The notes: generated by a model from the letters alone, not told the origin. A stretch of DNA of 63,991 bases, filler included, from Octopus bimaculoides (GCF_001194135.2; 6 parts of 6 records of this genome joined end to end with filler, not necessarily neighbours in it), one strand, 5' to 3'. Shown: positions 41,825-54,599, counted from the first letter of the whole stretch. Made by a program: numbers and translations.

Positions 41825-42700
41825 AGAATACCTGAAATGCTTTACAAGTTTTCACTGTTCTGATCGATTGTATCTGGAGAATGCAAATCATTTTTCTCTT
41901 TTTCTTTTGAAGAACAAGAGCGTTTTTAGGTTTCTATGTTGAGTAGCTCTCGCATCTATGATAATAGGGGCAAATCAAAATTTATTGCTTGGATTACTAA
42001 TGCGGTAGGCTTCTTATCAGTTCTCTGTTTTCCCAATTTTTGAAGAGACAATCGCACACGAGGAGCAATTGATCTCTACAAAGGTGCACGATATTTGTTT
42101 CTTTCCAATATCTGGAAATTCTTACACGCGATGGCTATTTTTGTTGGAATTCCCGCCAGTATTTTATATTTTTAAAAGTCTAGCGATTTTATTATTATGG
42201 TGTATCTACAGATACACAATCTTTCTTGTGTATAGCATTGTAGACTGTCTTAGCGACAATATTATGTCTCGTTAGAAGGTAGTAGCTTGCGGACACTTTG
42301 GACAACTATTGATGATATAAGTAATATCTTCCAAAATAGTGTGACACAATCGACACTTTCTATCGCAGCGGGGAGGTTTAGAGGTATTCTGAGCTCTTTT
42401 TTTGATCAGATACATCATAACCATCTCTTGTCCTTGGATAGGAAATCAACAACCTTCTCAGTGAGATGTAATGTACTTATCTACTCCTATAAATGTTACT
42501 GATGATATCTAGCTTGTAGGATGTGTACGCATGCATCACTTTCTGTTGGTATGATGAGTATTTCTTTTCCAAGTCTCTATATTAAGTAGGTCAGTCCAGC
42601 CACACTTTGGTTCAGATGGAGCAGCTGTAGTACTTGTTCGAGAGTTCTCTGCCAAATCTCATATTACTTTCATTTGTTTCTTTACTGTTCGGTAGATGTT
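41825..42700 (-). mobile_element. Decayed 3' half of an R4-clade LINE, same family as 57981-59130
   Basis: Minus-strand YQQKVMHAY, ITSH*EG..FPIQGQE, RCDRKCRLCHTILEDITYIINSCP (CCHC knuckle) and QIQSI.TVKTCKAFQ. Confidence 0.8.
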
Positions 42701-43145
42701 GTGGCGCACAATGAGACTTAAATGCTGTATGGAGTCCGTTTTGTTGCTGTTACTTCCAACGTTTGCGACAGCTATCGCCGTCGCTGTTATCGCTACCACC
42801 GCGGTTGCTACTTTTCGTGTTGTAGTTCCTATCACTGCTGTAGGTGTATCCGCTTGTTAACACTGGTGCTGCTACTACGGTTCTTTTCAAACTTTTTGCT
42901 TCGGATGTTGTTGCTTCTTTGGTGATGGCGTCGGCAGAAGCTGCACACTAACACATATAAAACTCAAAGCATACACAAGGCGATATAGAAAAAAAAACCC
43001 AACGAGATAGGAGACTTCTGGAGGAATATCAGTAAAAGAATTAACAGTGAACTGCATGTGAAACACCTACATCTGACAAGAGGAACGGACCACCTGTTCC
43101 TCATGTTAGTTGTAGGTCTTTCTTTATTTCCTCTTCCTGTCAAAC

Positions 43146-45345
43146 ATGGCATTATAAAGAATAGACAATATGAAAGCACTCGGCCTCGGGTTGCTTCGGA
43201 AGTGGAGCCACCTGCTCAACGACCTCAAGTTACAAGAAATAAATGTGCTAATCATCAGCAAGATCGGAATTTCCGATCCACAAGCTTTAGAGCCCATTTT
43301 CGGTGGATACCAGATTTTCTTGTTGCTAAGTCGGCCGCGAATTCAGAGTTACTGTGTCGTTTCGGAAAGATCTGGATCTCGCAATATGGACCGTCTTTTT
43401 GGAACAGAAGATAGCTCGTCTACAGTTCAACGATAAGTGAATGACCAGATTTCTTTAGGCGTCTGGTGTGTTTCCTAGGAACATCTTGCTCGAGTAAGAG
43501 ATTGGAACGGTATCTTGGATATACACTTAGAGTATGTGGGGCTTACCAATTGAAGAGGATGACGCAAAAACCTCACAAACCTGCTCAGACGTGTTCAGCT
43601 GTCTGACAGGTACCGAATGGATCGCTCGAATGTGCCAGTGTGGATAAAGATAAAACACACCGGGTCATCCAAAGCGTATCTAGAGTGTTCTGTAGACCAG
43701 TAGGTAGGGATAGCATGCGTTGTCCACATTATACAATAGTCGGCTGCACAGACAGCAATTTTGTGATATATAAAGTCGACCTAGAGAAGATCCATGGTCA
43801 GGGACCCGCTTACTGGAAGCTGAACGCGTAGCTTTCAGCGCACCAAACTTACAGAGGCTGAATTATTTAAGCGGGCATTGGCGAGGCCAACTGTCAACAG
43901 TAAATGGTAGTCCATCCTGAAAAGAGCGAACCAGCATTTGCTGTTGGTTAAAGTAAGATCAATAAAGTTCAATAAGGAAATAGCGATAGAGAAAAATTAT
44001 TAAAGGGACACCTAGTTAGAAATTTACAAGAGGCACTTGGGAAAGACATAGCAACTGACGAGCTAGCAGTGAGATTGGCCCATGGACAACTCTTCAACGC
44101 AAAGCGCGAAGGGTGCGTTGTTAGAGCTAAGGCGCATACTCCAAGACACCAAGGGACGAAAGCTGAATGGGCCCAAGTGGAAGAAGCACAACATAAAAAC
44201 AAAGCTACAATTCGGACTATGACGGACCATGTTGGTTGCGTTTTACTTGAACGCGAGCAGAAGTATGCGCCTTTCCAGTAATACTTCTCTTGACTGTTTG
44301 GGACGGCTTGTCGCAGTCCTTGGCAAGAGAAGTGGCGGGTTGCAAAAAGCTGATAACAGAAAATATAGAAAGCAATGACTGGCTGCACGGCAAGCAAATT
44401 GTCTGGTTTTCATGGTTTGCCCTACGAGCTTTACTTTTACATGCCAGACTGTTCTGGAGACCTCTTGACAGGTACCTACCATAAGCGGCAACACGAAGAG
44501 GTAATCTCCAGTTCTGTGAACCGAGGAATGGTGACACTGCTAAGAAAGAACGTAAACAACGGGAAACATAATAATTTTCTACCATAATGCAGAGTTTATG
44601 ATTATGACCATGATTATGTTAGTGAAGAGATTGGCACTTTTAGTCCATGGTCTGATTTGTGAGGCGTAGGCATGTACCCCCCTACACAGATAAAGCCACG
44701 TCAACCTCCACCTCATACAATACATCGTAAAGTATGTTGGTAATGAGCTTGGCAAACGAAGCTTTCGACGTGGTTGAGAATCAGCAGCCGCTTTCGGCCC
44801 CTTACTTAAGGGCAGGTATCGCTAAAATGCACAACAACATCTGCTCAATGGTCAGCATGAATGACCACCTATTAGAACCGTTTAGTATAATGTGCTCACT
44901 TCGCCAAGGTTATCTACTCTCAACACTTCCTTCTGTTGGTGTTAAATCTAGAGTCACTACAGTGAAAATCAGAGACGCCGAGGGGCATCCTGGTGGCCCA
45001 GAACACAAAAGATCCATGTCGGCTTGCGCAGACGACGTCACCTTAATATTATTAATCACATCGAGGTGATTGGCTCCTCTCTAAAGGAGTAATTAGGAGC
45101 GAAAATTAACCTGTAGACCCACTCGGCATCGGGCCCATGATGACTGACATCGGGCCTACGATGTCTGGCATCGTCGAAGGGCGCTGGACGGGAGGACTGT
45201 TTAGATTGCTGGGGTCTAATTTGGACAAGAACTGGAACGAAGTAACGAATAGCGTGGCCAGCCTCACTCAGAAATGGGCTGACAGAAAGCTAATTTTGAA
45301 TAGACAAGTAGAGGTGGTGAATGCTAACATCAACTCCGTCATCTG
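43146..45345 (+). mobile_element. Pseudogenised L1/Tx1-like ORF2 (APE endonuclease + RT), cut off at the 3' end by a mariner
   Basis: LGLLRKWSHLLNDLK (APE start), GPAYWKLN, EGCVVRAK, GLPYELY, RGMVTLLRK, EAFDVV, SLRQGYLLS, ACADDVTL and KWADRKLIL occur in order across frames. Confidence 0.85.
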
Positions 45346-46125
45346 TTAGGTCGTCAAGTATGAAATTTGTAGTGACGTATATGGTAAACTTTGACAGCTG
45401 CTAATTTTGCGGCATTATTAAATTTTGACAATATTCATTTGCGCTTTATAAAGTATTTATTAATCATTTTTGCCATTTTTATGTAAAGATGGATGTCAGA
45501 AATTAGTGCAGTTTTGAAATGTGAGTTCTTTCTTAGAAATACAGCATCACAGACAGCTCGGAATATTTAATGGAGTATTTCATTCTAATGTTATTACACA
45601 GCAGAAAGTATCAAATCGGCTTACAAAATTTCGTTCTGGTAACTTTGACCTCACAAATGAGCAACGTGGTCGACCAGAAACAAAGGTGGATAATGACAAA
45701 CGGAAAGCCACCGTCGAGTTAGATTTATCTCAAAATGCCCCTGAATTATCGTTGTTGTTTGGTGTTAGCAAGCAAACAATATTGACTCACCTAGTTCAAA
45801 TCGGTAAAGTGAAAAAGTTGGATAAGTGGGTTCCACATGAACTCAATGAAAATCAGAAACAGCAACGTTTGGAAGCCCTGAATTGTGCTACTTTCTCGTC
45901 ACAAAAATGAATGAATGATTTTTTAATCGAATTGTAGCATGTGATGAGAAATGGATCCAATACAACAACCGTAAACGTTCAGCGCAATGGTTGAACAAAG
46001 ACGAGCCACCAAAACACAGTCCAAAGAGCAAAGTTCTTCAAAAGAAGCTGATGGTGTGTTTGGTGGTCTGGCGCAGGTGTGGTTCATTATTATTTCATTA
46101 AACCTGGTTCATCAATCACGGCCGA
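45346..46125 (+). mobile_element. 3'-truncated mariner (cecropia/mellifera-like transposase)
   Basis: TTAGGTCGTCAAGTATGAAAT terminus, KFRSGNFDLTNEQRGRP, KKLDKWVPHEL, RIVACDEKWIQYNNRKR. Confidence 0.9.
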
Positions 46126-46170
46126 AGTATACTTCTTCTTCTTCGTTCGTACATCTTTGTTTCAATTATT

Positions 46171-46383
46171 CTTTTCTACTCTAGGCACACGGCCCGAAAT
46201 TTTTGGGGAGGGGGTCAGTCGATTAGATCAACTCCAGTACGCAACTGGTATTTAATTTATCGACCCCGAAAGGATGAAAGGCAAAGTCGACCTCGGCGGA
46301 ATTTGAACTCAGAACGTAAAGACAGACGAAATACCGCTAAGCATTTCGCCCGGCGTGCTAACCACTCTGCCAGCTCGCTGCCT
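46171..46383 (-). mobile_element. SINE family A, tail type 2, young, with 17-bp TSD
   Basis: Perfect TSD TCTTTGTTTCAATTATT at 46154-46170 and 46384-46400. Confidence 0.95.
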
Positions 46384-47492
46384 TCTTTGTTTCAATTATT
46401 AGCAATGAAATGCCACCGTTACATTGTTCCACTATTTCTCATATTCCAATGAATGCGAGTAAAAGACAAAATTCAATGTTTTTAGGATGTAGTACTTCAT
46501 CTGTGATATTTTGGTCCATGTTAGAAACACGATTCATCGATTTGAACTATCTCATTAAAATTATCCAAATTACCGGATAAACTCTAAAGTAATTTACACA
46601 TCACAGGAAAAAAAAATCCTAGAAATATATATTCTCGTCACAAATAAGAAGTTCCGACAATTAACACTTTGAATGGCACTTATATTTCCTGTACAATCTG
46701 CATTTTAATATGTTTGACAGGAAAAAAAATGTAATCGTTGTGAATTATTTCATATGTTTATACTTAGCTTAGTTTCAGTTGTCACATCTACATATATTTA
46801 TCTTTTATTGTTGAACGTTTTGTCCAAATGAATAGACACATTATTTTAATAGAACTAAGTCGATTCATAAAACTAAAGACCGGAAGAGTGTCCTTGACTA
46901 ATGTTGGCTTTTATAGAGTTTTCGTAACAAAGGAGGCTCCATTTCATGAACTTTACAAGATCTCGTTCTTTCAATTGATTTAGTTAAACTGAATTGGTTA
47001 AAATGATACAAAGTTCACCCAAATCAAAAGTTTGAAGAAAGCTACCTTAACAAAATAAAAGTTGATAAAATAACCGTAACAATGCTTTTTTAAACATATG
47101 GTTGACTTGTGAGCGTAGGTTATTTTATGTGTACATATATTTAAGAAATACTAGAGTACTTTTGATATTGACGATATACTGTGCCCCTCAATAAACTGAC
47201 GGTTTCTTCAAACTCTTGTATAGTATATATGTCACCAAAGGAGAAATAGGTACGCCGCGTGAATTGAATCAGTTCAGTAATTTTCAGGAAATATAGATGG
47301 GAAGTTCGCTGTAAGGAATCAAGGAAATGGTTAGAAGTTTTCTAATTGAATTTAGAGAAAGGAAACTTTCTGCCGGAAAAAAAGAGACGAATTAATCACT
47401 CGAAAGAAATGGGTGCGAATACTTTACTTCTAGTGCTTGAATAAACAAATGAAAGAACTTCTGAAATATTAATTTGGTAATGAACCTCTAAT

Positions 47493-47779
47493 TAGGCATA
47501 GGCATGGTTGTGCGGTTAAGAGGTTCGATTCACAACCAGGTGGTTTCGAGTTTAGTTTTAATGTGCGGCACCTTGAGGGAGCGTCTTCTACTGTAGCCAA
47601 TAATTTGTACGTGAATCTGGTAGATGCAAAGTGTGTGGAAACCCGTCGTATATGTGTGTGTATGTGTGTGTGCCTTTGTCTCCCCCCCCCCCATACACAC
47701 CACTTGACAATCATCGCTGGTTCGTAGCCTTAGTTTAACAGCTTGGCGAAATATACCGATAGAATAAGTACCAGACAGT
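47493..47779 (+). mobile_element. Diverged SINE family B interrupted by a family C insertion
   Basis: GGCATAGGCATGGTTGTGCGG head, GGCACCTTG, ACCGATAGAATAAGTACC. Confidence 0.7.
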
Positions 47780-48162
47780 TGTTGGCACTCCGTCGCTTAC
47801 GACGTCGAAGGTTCCAGTTGATCCGATCAACGGAACGGCCTGCTCGTGAAATTAACGTGCAAGTGGCTGAGCACTCCACAGACACGTGTACCCTTAACGT
47901 AGTTCTCGGGGATATTCAGCGTGACACAGTGTGACAAGGCTGACCCTTTGAATTACAGGCCCAGCAGAAACAGGAAGTAAGAGTGAGAGAAAGTTGTGGT
48001 GAAAGAGTACAGCAGGGTTCGCTACCATCCCCTGCCGGAGCCTCGTGGAGCGTTTAGGTGTTTTCGCTCAATAAACACTCACAACGCCCGGTCTGGGAGT
48101 CGAAACCGCGATCTTATGACCGCGAGTCCGCTGCCCTGACCACTGGGCCATTGCGCCTTCAC
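47780..48162 (-). mobile_element. SINE family C, full length, with 10-bp TSD
   Basis: TSD ACCAGACAGT at 47770-47779 and 48163-48172; reverse complement of 49909-50294. Confidence 0.95.
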
Positions 48163-49814
48163 ACCAGACAGTAAAAGAATGAGTAATGGAGTCTCAGTCC
48201 AACGACTGGAACTAATAAACGGATAGTAAATATTTGAAAAAGTTTTATATTAATTTTGAAATACAAACTGAACAGAAAGGGTTAAAAGTAATAATGACGA
48301 ATAATATTCGAGCTTTATAGTATTTTTTTTTCCAATTCATTTATAGACACAGAAACACAAGAAAGCTATATAAAGCTAAATAAATTCAATTTAAGCTGTG
48401 GTACCACGTTTTAAGCTTTGGATGTTGGCTTGTCACGAGAAAAAGGAAATTCTAACGTTGGGGAATATTTTAAAATAGTGGTGACTGATTTGGTTGTTAC
48501 CTGTAACAGTCGAACGCTCTCATAGAAACTTCCTCTTTGGTTCAGACTGTGAGGTGGATGATAGAAGGATGAATTTAAAACAACAAGAATAAAGGAAAAG
48601 AAAGATGAAGGAAATATGTCTGAAATGAATGATAATGGGGACTTTCTTAATACAGGTAGTACAGGGCCTCAAATCAGGAAACAATGAATTACATCGACTC
48701 TAGTACTTTAATGATTTCAAAAGGGCGAAGAGCAAAGCTGATCTGGGTGTGTTTGAACCCAGAGTTAGAACAGATATCGCAACGTATTTTGTCCAACATT
48801 CTAACGATTCTACCACATACCTTCTTTTAAAAAACGAAGAAAAAAAAACTGTAGTAATAATAGAATACAAAGGGGAAAGAAGCGATTCAAAATAGAAATA
48901 AGGAATATGGTAAAGATGAGGAGGAAATAGCAGTGATAGAGTGTGAGAGAATAGAGACAAGAAGAAGAATGGTTGAAAGGAGAGATATGGGACACGATAG
49001 CAAAATTAGGATGACAAACATGGAAACCTGAAATAAGCAATAATTGAATAAAGGAGAGACTAAAATATGATATATACTCAACAGTTCAACTGACGTCTAT
49101 AAGAAAGACAGAAAGAAAGAGACTGCCATTCTGTAGTCGCTAGATTTGCTCAAAATAGTAGCCAACTGTCTCTTCCCCCCCACCTCTCTCTCTGAAATCG
49201 TACGCTACTGCATTTATTAAATAACGTTATCGTAGAGTAACTTCGTGAAAAATATCGGGGTAGTCACGGCTAGAACGTCTTTGATCTTACATCTGACCAA
49301 TCAAAGCTGTCCTTTGGGCTAATCAATAATAACAACAACATAATATTAGTGTCTATCGGCTGCGGTGAAAGATGGCTGCGATAGGCAGCTGGTGCTGGTA
49401 AAGTAAACTTTAGTTAGATGGATACGATTAATATTTATGATACGTTTAACTGGTACTTTGACACTTTAGGTAAATAAATATTATTTGACAGTATTAAGGC
49501 TTCGAAGCTGTTTGTATTTACATCATAGCAGAGATTTTTTAGAAAAAATTCTGTTACATTTGCATGAACCCTAAAACATATAGAACCAGAAGAAAAGAGG
49601 ATTTGTGACATTACACATACCATTTCCACAGGCCTACTTTCAAGTGCCAGAAAAGAAAAAGAAAAGAAAGGAAAACCAAAAGAAGAGAAATATATATAAG
49701 AAAAAAAGAAAGATCGCAAAATAGATGATATACTATGGCTGTAAAAGTAGCGGAAAGTGGTTAGGGAAAGAAATAGAAATATTGTGTAGGCACAGGAGCG
49801 ACTGTGTGATAAGG

Positions 49815-51180
49815 ATCAGGTGGTGTAAAAGTAATGTCCGATTTCTAGAAAAAAATGTTTCTGAGCGAATTTATCAATTTTTTAAATCTCTTCTTATAGT
49901 TTTAAGATGTGGAGGCGCAATGACCCAGTGGTTAGGGCAGCGGACTCGCGGTCATAGGATCGCGGTTTCGATTCCCAGACCGGGCGTTGTGAGTGTTTAT
50001 TGAGCGAAAACGCCTAAAGCTTCACGAGGCTCCGGCAGGAGATGGTGGCGAACCCTGCTGTACTCTTCCACCATAACTTTCTCTCACTCTTACTTCCGTT
50101 TCTGTTGTGCCTGTAATTCAAAGGGTCAGCCTTGTCACACTGCGTCACGTTGAATATCCCCGAGAATTACGTTAAGGGTACACGTGTCTGTGGAGTGCTC
50201 AGCCACTTGCACGTTAATTTCACGAGCAGACTGTTTCGTTGATCGGATCAACTGGAACCCTCGACGTCGTAAGCGACGGAGTGCCAACAACAACAGTTTT
50301 AAGATATCTCTGTGTCTAATTGTGCACAGCCACTCCTATATATAACTTCTCAGAAAATTTTACCACCATGTTTGTCCCATCTAAAGATCACATAAGAAAT
50401 GTTTTACTCTACGAGTTTCATAAAGGTGCTAACGCAAGTGCAGCAGCAAGATCTATTCAGAACACTTATGGGGATGATGTAGTGAATGAAAGTTGCAGGG
50501 GATGGTTTTCCCGTTTCCGAAGTGGTGATTTCACTTTGAAAGAAGAGCCAAAGGAGGGTCGTCCAAAAAAACTTGATTCCGATATTTTGGAAGCTCTTGT
50601 TTCAGAGAACCCTGCCGTTACCACTAGGGAACTTGTAGAACAATTAAATGTGGTCCATACAACCGTGGTACGCCAGCTAAAACACATTGAAAAGGTTTCT
50701 GTGGCTGGAGAATGAGTCCCTCACGAGCTGTCTCCAGAGAATCGACAACAGCGTGCTGCTTGTTAATCATTGCTTTCGCAACACTTTCAAGCAACATTTT
50801 TAGACAGGTTTGTTACAGGTGATGAGAAGTGGATTCTTTACCCTAATGTTAAACGCCGCTGTTCTTGGATCAGTCGAGAAGGACGGCCAGTTCAACAACC
50901 GAGAGCAGGATTTCATCCAAAGAAGATCATGTTGAATGTAAGGCGGGATATTAAAGGAATAATCCATTATGAAATGTTGGACAACAACCAAACAATTAAT
51001 GCTAATCTTCACTGTGAGCAACTTCGTCGTTTGAAAACAATTCTGAGCCAAAAGCGAGCATCCTTGGTTAACAGAAAGGGTGTCATCTTCCATCACGATA
51101 ATGCTCGTCATCACACAGCTCGACTGTCCAAAACTCTCTTAGATCTTTAAATCGGACATTACTTTTGCACCAACCTGATA
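49815..51180 (+). mobile_element. Mariner with both TIRs and a C-terminally deleted, pseudogenised transposase (50368-51150)
   Basis: TIRs ATCAGGT(T)GGTG(T/C)AAAAGTAATGTCCGATTT at 49815-49844 and 51149-51179. HIRNVLLYEF, FRSGDFTLKEEPKEGRP, E*VPHEL, FVTGDEKWILY, HHDNARHHTA; no YSPDL. Confidence 0.93.
49909..50294 (+). mobile_element. SINE family C, full length, inserted in the mariner 5' UTR, with 11-bp TSD
   Basis: TSD AGTTTTAAGAT at 49898-49908 and 50295-50305. tRNA-like head with A-box (CAGTGGTTAGG) and B-box (GGTTTCGATTCC); (CAA)n tail. Confidence 0.95.
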
Positions 51181-51649
51181 ACTTGCTTCCCAACCACATG
51201 GTTCTGGGTTCAGTTTTACAGTATGGTACTTTGGGCAAGTGTCTTCTACTACAGCTTCGAGTCGACCAAAGCATTGTGAGTGGATTTCATTGACGGAAAC
51301 TGAAAGAAGCCCGTCGTCTTTATATCTATGGGTGTGTATCTCTGTGCATATGTTTGTCCTTCACCACCGCCTCACAACTGGTGTTGGTGCATGTGAGACT
51401 CTGTGGCTTAACAGTTCAGTAAAAGAGACCGAGGGAATAGGTACCATACTTAAAAAGAAAATAAGTATTGGGTTCAATTACTTCGACTGAAATTCCTGAA
51501 GGCCATACCCCAGCATGGCCGAAGTCTGGTAACTGAAACAAGTAAATGATAAAAGATAGCCACACCGATATTGAATGTTCCTAATAACATATGAAGATGT
51601 GTCAAGTATATGGATATACTAACATCGAATTCAATGGTTTTTTTTTAAT

Positions 51650-51810
51650 AGGTGCAGGCGTGGCTGTGTGGTAAAAAGTTTGCCTCCCAGCCACATAGTT
51701 CCAGGTTCAGTCCCACTGCGTGATACCTTGCGCAAGTGTCTTACGCAATAGCCACGGGCCAACTAAAGCTTTGTGAATGGATTCGGTTGACGGAAATTGA
51801 CAGAAGCCCG

Positions 51811-51848
<38 letters not shown>

Positions 51849-51870
51849 NNNNNNNNNNNNNNNNNNNNNN

Positions 51871-51914
<44 letters not shown>

Positions 51915-52246
51915 TATATATATATTGATATTTAGCAAAAGTAACAGGATGACTGAAAGACCGAGTTTCGTGCTTTGGCACTCAAATTTTGAGTTCTGTT
52001 TTTCATGTTTGCATCAACACACACACACACACACACACAAATATAAGTATGTTGAAGCAGGAATAATACGAGTGCCAACACTCGAAATTCGGCTTTTCAA
52101 TCATTCTGTTACTTCTGCTAAATATCAATGTGTGTGTGTGCGTGTATTGATACAACCAGTAAAAATAGAACTCAAAATATGAGTGCCAAAGCACGAAACT
52201 CGGTCTTTCAGTCATTCTGTTACTTCAGCAAAATATCAATATATAT

Positions 52247-52283
<37 letters not shown>

Positions 52284-52510
52284 GGTATATGTGCGCATGT
52301 GTGTGTATCTTTGTGTCTGTGGTTGTCCCTCACCACCTCTTGACAAGCAGTGCTGGTCTGTTCATATCTCCTTACTTAGCGGTTCGGTAAAGAGACAGAT
52401 AGAATAATTACTAAGCTTTAAAAGAATAAGTCCTGGTGTCAGTTTGTTCGACTAAAAACCCTTCAATGCTGTGCCCCAGCTTGGCCGCAGTCAAATGACT
52501 GAAACGAGTT
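51650..52510 (+). mobile_element. SINE family B whose internal microsatellite carries a MITE
   Basis: 5' half 51650-51812 and 3' half ~52290-52510 flank the inverted-repeat element. Confidence 0.8.
51923..52241. mobile_element. MITE-like element with 81-bp terminal inverted repeats
   Basis: 51923-52003 versus 52161-52241 are reverse complements with about 6 mismatches; ends lie in TA context. Confidence 0.88.
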
Positions 52511-53241
52511 AATAATTAAAAGAGATAAAGAAATAATCTGGTGTTAATGATATTTACTAAGATAGATTTTTCTTCGAGGAAATTTCTGCGTCAATAACTA
52601 TGACTTCGAAGTTTGATTCTAGGTCCATAAATTTTCAAACATCAGAGAAAACCATAATTCTGAAAACTGTTGAATAATAGATTAATTTCCTGTCTTAGTT
52701 TTCATTTTTATTCTGTAGTCTTCGTCCAGAGCATTTAAAGTTTTAAAATTCTCCCCCCCCCCCTTAGTTGTTTTAGAAACCATATAATACTGTTTATGCC
52801 GTTTAATTTTTTTGAACAATATGATACTTTAGCTAACCTTTGTACAAGTTCTAATACAAAGCCTTCTCATGACTTCCTTGTTTTGACACACTTCTACCAA
52901 GACTGCACACTTGTGTAATATATACTAAAGAAATCTAATACCACAACTGAGCGCGTTAAGTAAAGTAGGCGATCGCCTTCGGTGCTAAAATCTGGGGTGG
53001 TGCATAAATTCTGAACAACTTGAACAAAATTACTTAGTCCATTTAAAAACACGAAATCTCAGAAAGCGAGCAGGGAAGATCTCACTCAGAACATAGAAGA
53101 GTAGAAGACATTACATAGATAGAGAGTGAAAGGCCGACGGTGGGGGGTGCAGATGTACTGTTATCATCTGTCGTATGATTAGGCGTAAAGCTTCAAATTT
53201 TGCTAGGTTTACTCGGCGATTTATACGATCGTAGAGCTACA

Positions 53242-53425
53242 GTAGGGCTGGGAGAAGGATGTGCCGCACAATATAGGGCTTGGAATAGGGCCCCCCCCCC
53301 CGCATAATGTAGGACTTGGAGAAGGGGACGCACATTGTTGGACTTTGAAAATAGGAAAGCATAGATTAAGACTGGGAGAAGGTAGCGCATATTGTAGAAC
53401 TGGAAGAAGGGAGAATATATTGTAT
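53242..53425 (+). repeat. Degenerate ~28-36-bp minisatellite, about 6 units (TAGGRCTKGGAGAAGG...CATATTG)
   Basis: Units start near 53243, 53274, 53310, 53338, 53367 and 53395. Confidence 0.75.
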
Positions 53426-54240
53426 GACTCAACTAGGGCGCTGAATACCCTGGCACCAGCCATGACTAACAGGCTGTAAATGTTTGCTCGGAGAGTCACG
53501 ACCTGAGTAAAATAGCGACTTCATTTTCTTTTACTTTTAATGCTTCCTCTTTCAATATAGAGAGCAGTTTTTATTATGATTGACTTTCCCTGTTACTTTA
53601 TTTATTCAGTTCTCTAGTGTCTTCTTTGTTGTGTTTTGTATCAGGATTTGAAATACATCGTCCTAATTCTCCCCAGCGAGAGGATAAGTGGGACAGTAAT
53701 TTGCTTGAACTATAACCAAATAGTTTGTTCCTTGTTCTCCTGACAATGTGTATTATTCTTGGCCAGTTTAGAGCTATCTCAGTAGCTCATAACAATAGTT
53801 GTTGGTGTTTAACCTCAAGTGAAATCTGATCGAGCTGATCTAATCAAGAAGTTCTAGTCGGTGACTATCTTGCATATTTTGATAACTAGGACTATGTTGC
53901 CCAATGGCTTCTTCTTTCTCAGTCGAGCGAATGCATAAAGGTTCTCTCGCTGGATTGTATAGCAAAAGATTTACTTCCAAATCACATTGAAACCGTATCA
54001 AATAAGTATTCTTATAGAGATCAGTATTATGAATTAACAAAAAAGAAAAAAATGGTTAGAGGAATGAAAACTGTTTTGGTGAAAGAACAGAAATGTTACA
54101 ATAGGTAGAAGAGGACGAAAATATTCCTTTTCACATAATAATTCTGAATGCATGTTGAGTATGTAATACAAACTTGGCAAAGATAACTATTTATCGAAAA
54201 TATTTTGTTACGAATTCAAATTAGTGAGTGTGTTTCTTTA

Positions 54241-54543
54241 CCAACCTACCTACCAACCTACCTGCCTACCTACATACCTACCTACCTACCTACCTACCTA
54301 CCTGCCTGCCTGCCTGCCTGCCTGCCTTCCTGCCTGCCTATCTATCTATCTATGTATGTATGTATGTATGTATGTATGTATGTATGTATGTATGTATGTA
54401 TCTATCTATCGGTCTGTCTGTCTGTCTATTCTGTCTGTATGCATATGTATATATGTATGTATGTATGTATATGTATGTATATATGTATGTATGTATGTAT
54501 GTATATGTATGTATGTTTGCATGTATGTATGTATGTATGTATG
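54241..54543. repeat. Compound tetranucleotide microsatellite (CCTA)/(CCTG)/(TCTA)/(TATG)
   Basis: Direct inspection. Confidence 0.95.
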
Positions 54544-54587
54544 NNNNNNNNNNNNNNNNNNNNNNNNNNNNNNNNNNNNNNNNNNNN

Positions 54588-54599
54588 TTAATTAATTAA
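54588..54599. other. Artificial TTAATTAATTAA spacer in a 100-bp gap
   Basis: 44 N + 12 + 44 N. Confidence 0.95.

Larger units (their letters stand above)
49789..51558 (+). mobile_element. SINE family B split by a mariner (halves 49789-49814 and 51179-51558)
   Basis: GGCACAGGAGCGACTGTGTGATAAG on the left joins (TA)ACTTGCTTCCCAACCACATGGTTC on the right, as in the intact copies at 51650 and 36203. Confidence 0.8.

Noticed and set aside
42009-42027. Partial match to miR-184 (GAGAACTGATAAG) on the minus strand
   Set aside because: The seed region does not match, there is no precursor hairpin, and it lies inside a LINE relic.
49909-49985. tRNA gene
   Set aside because: It has A and B boxes but continues as the SINE body with TSDs. 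The same applies to 57501, 51650 and the family A heads.
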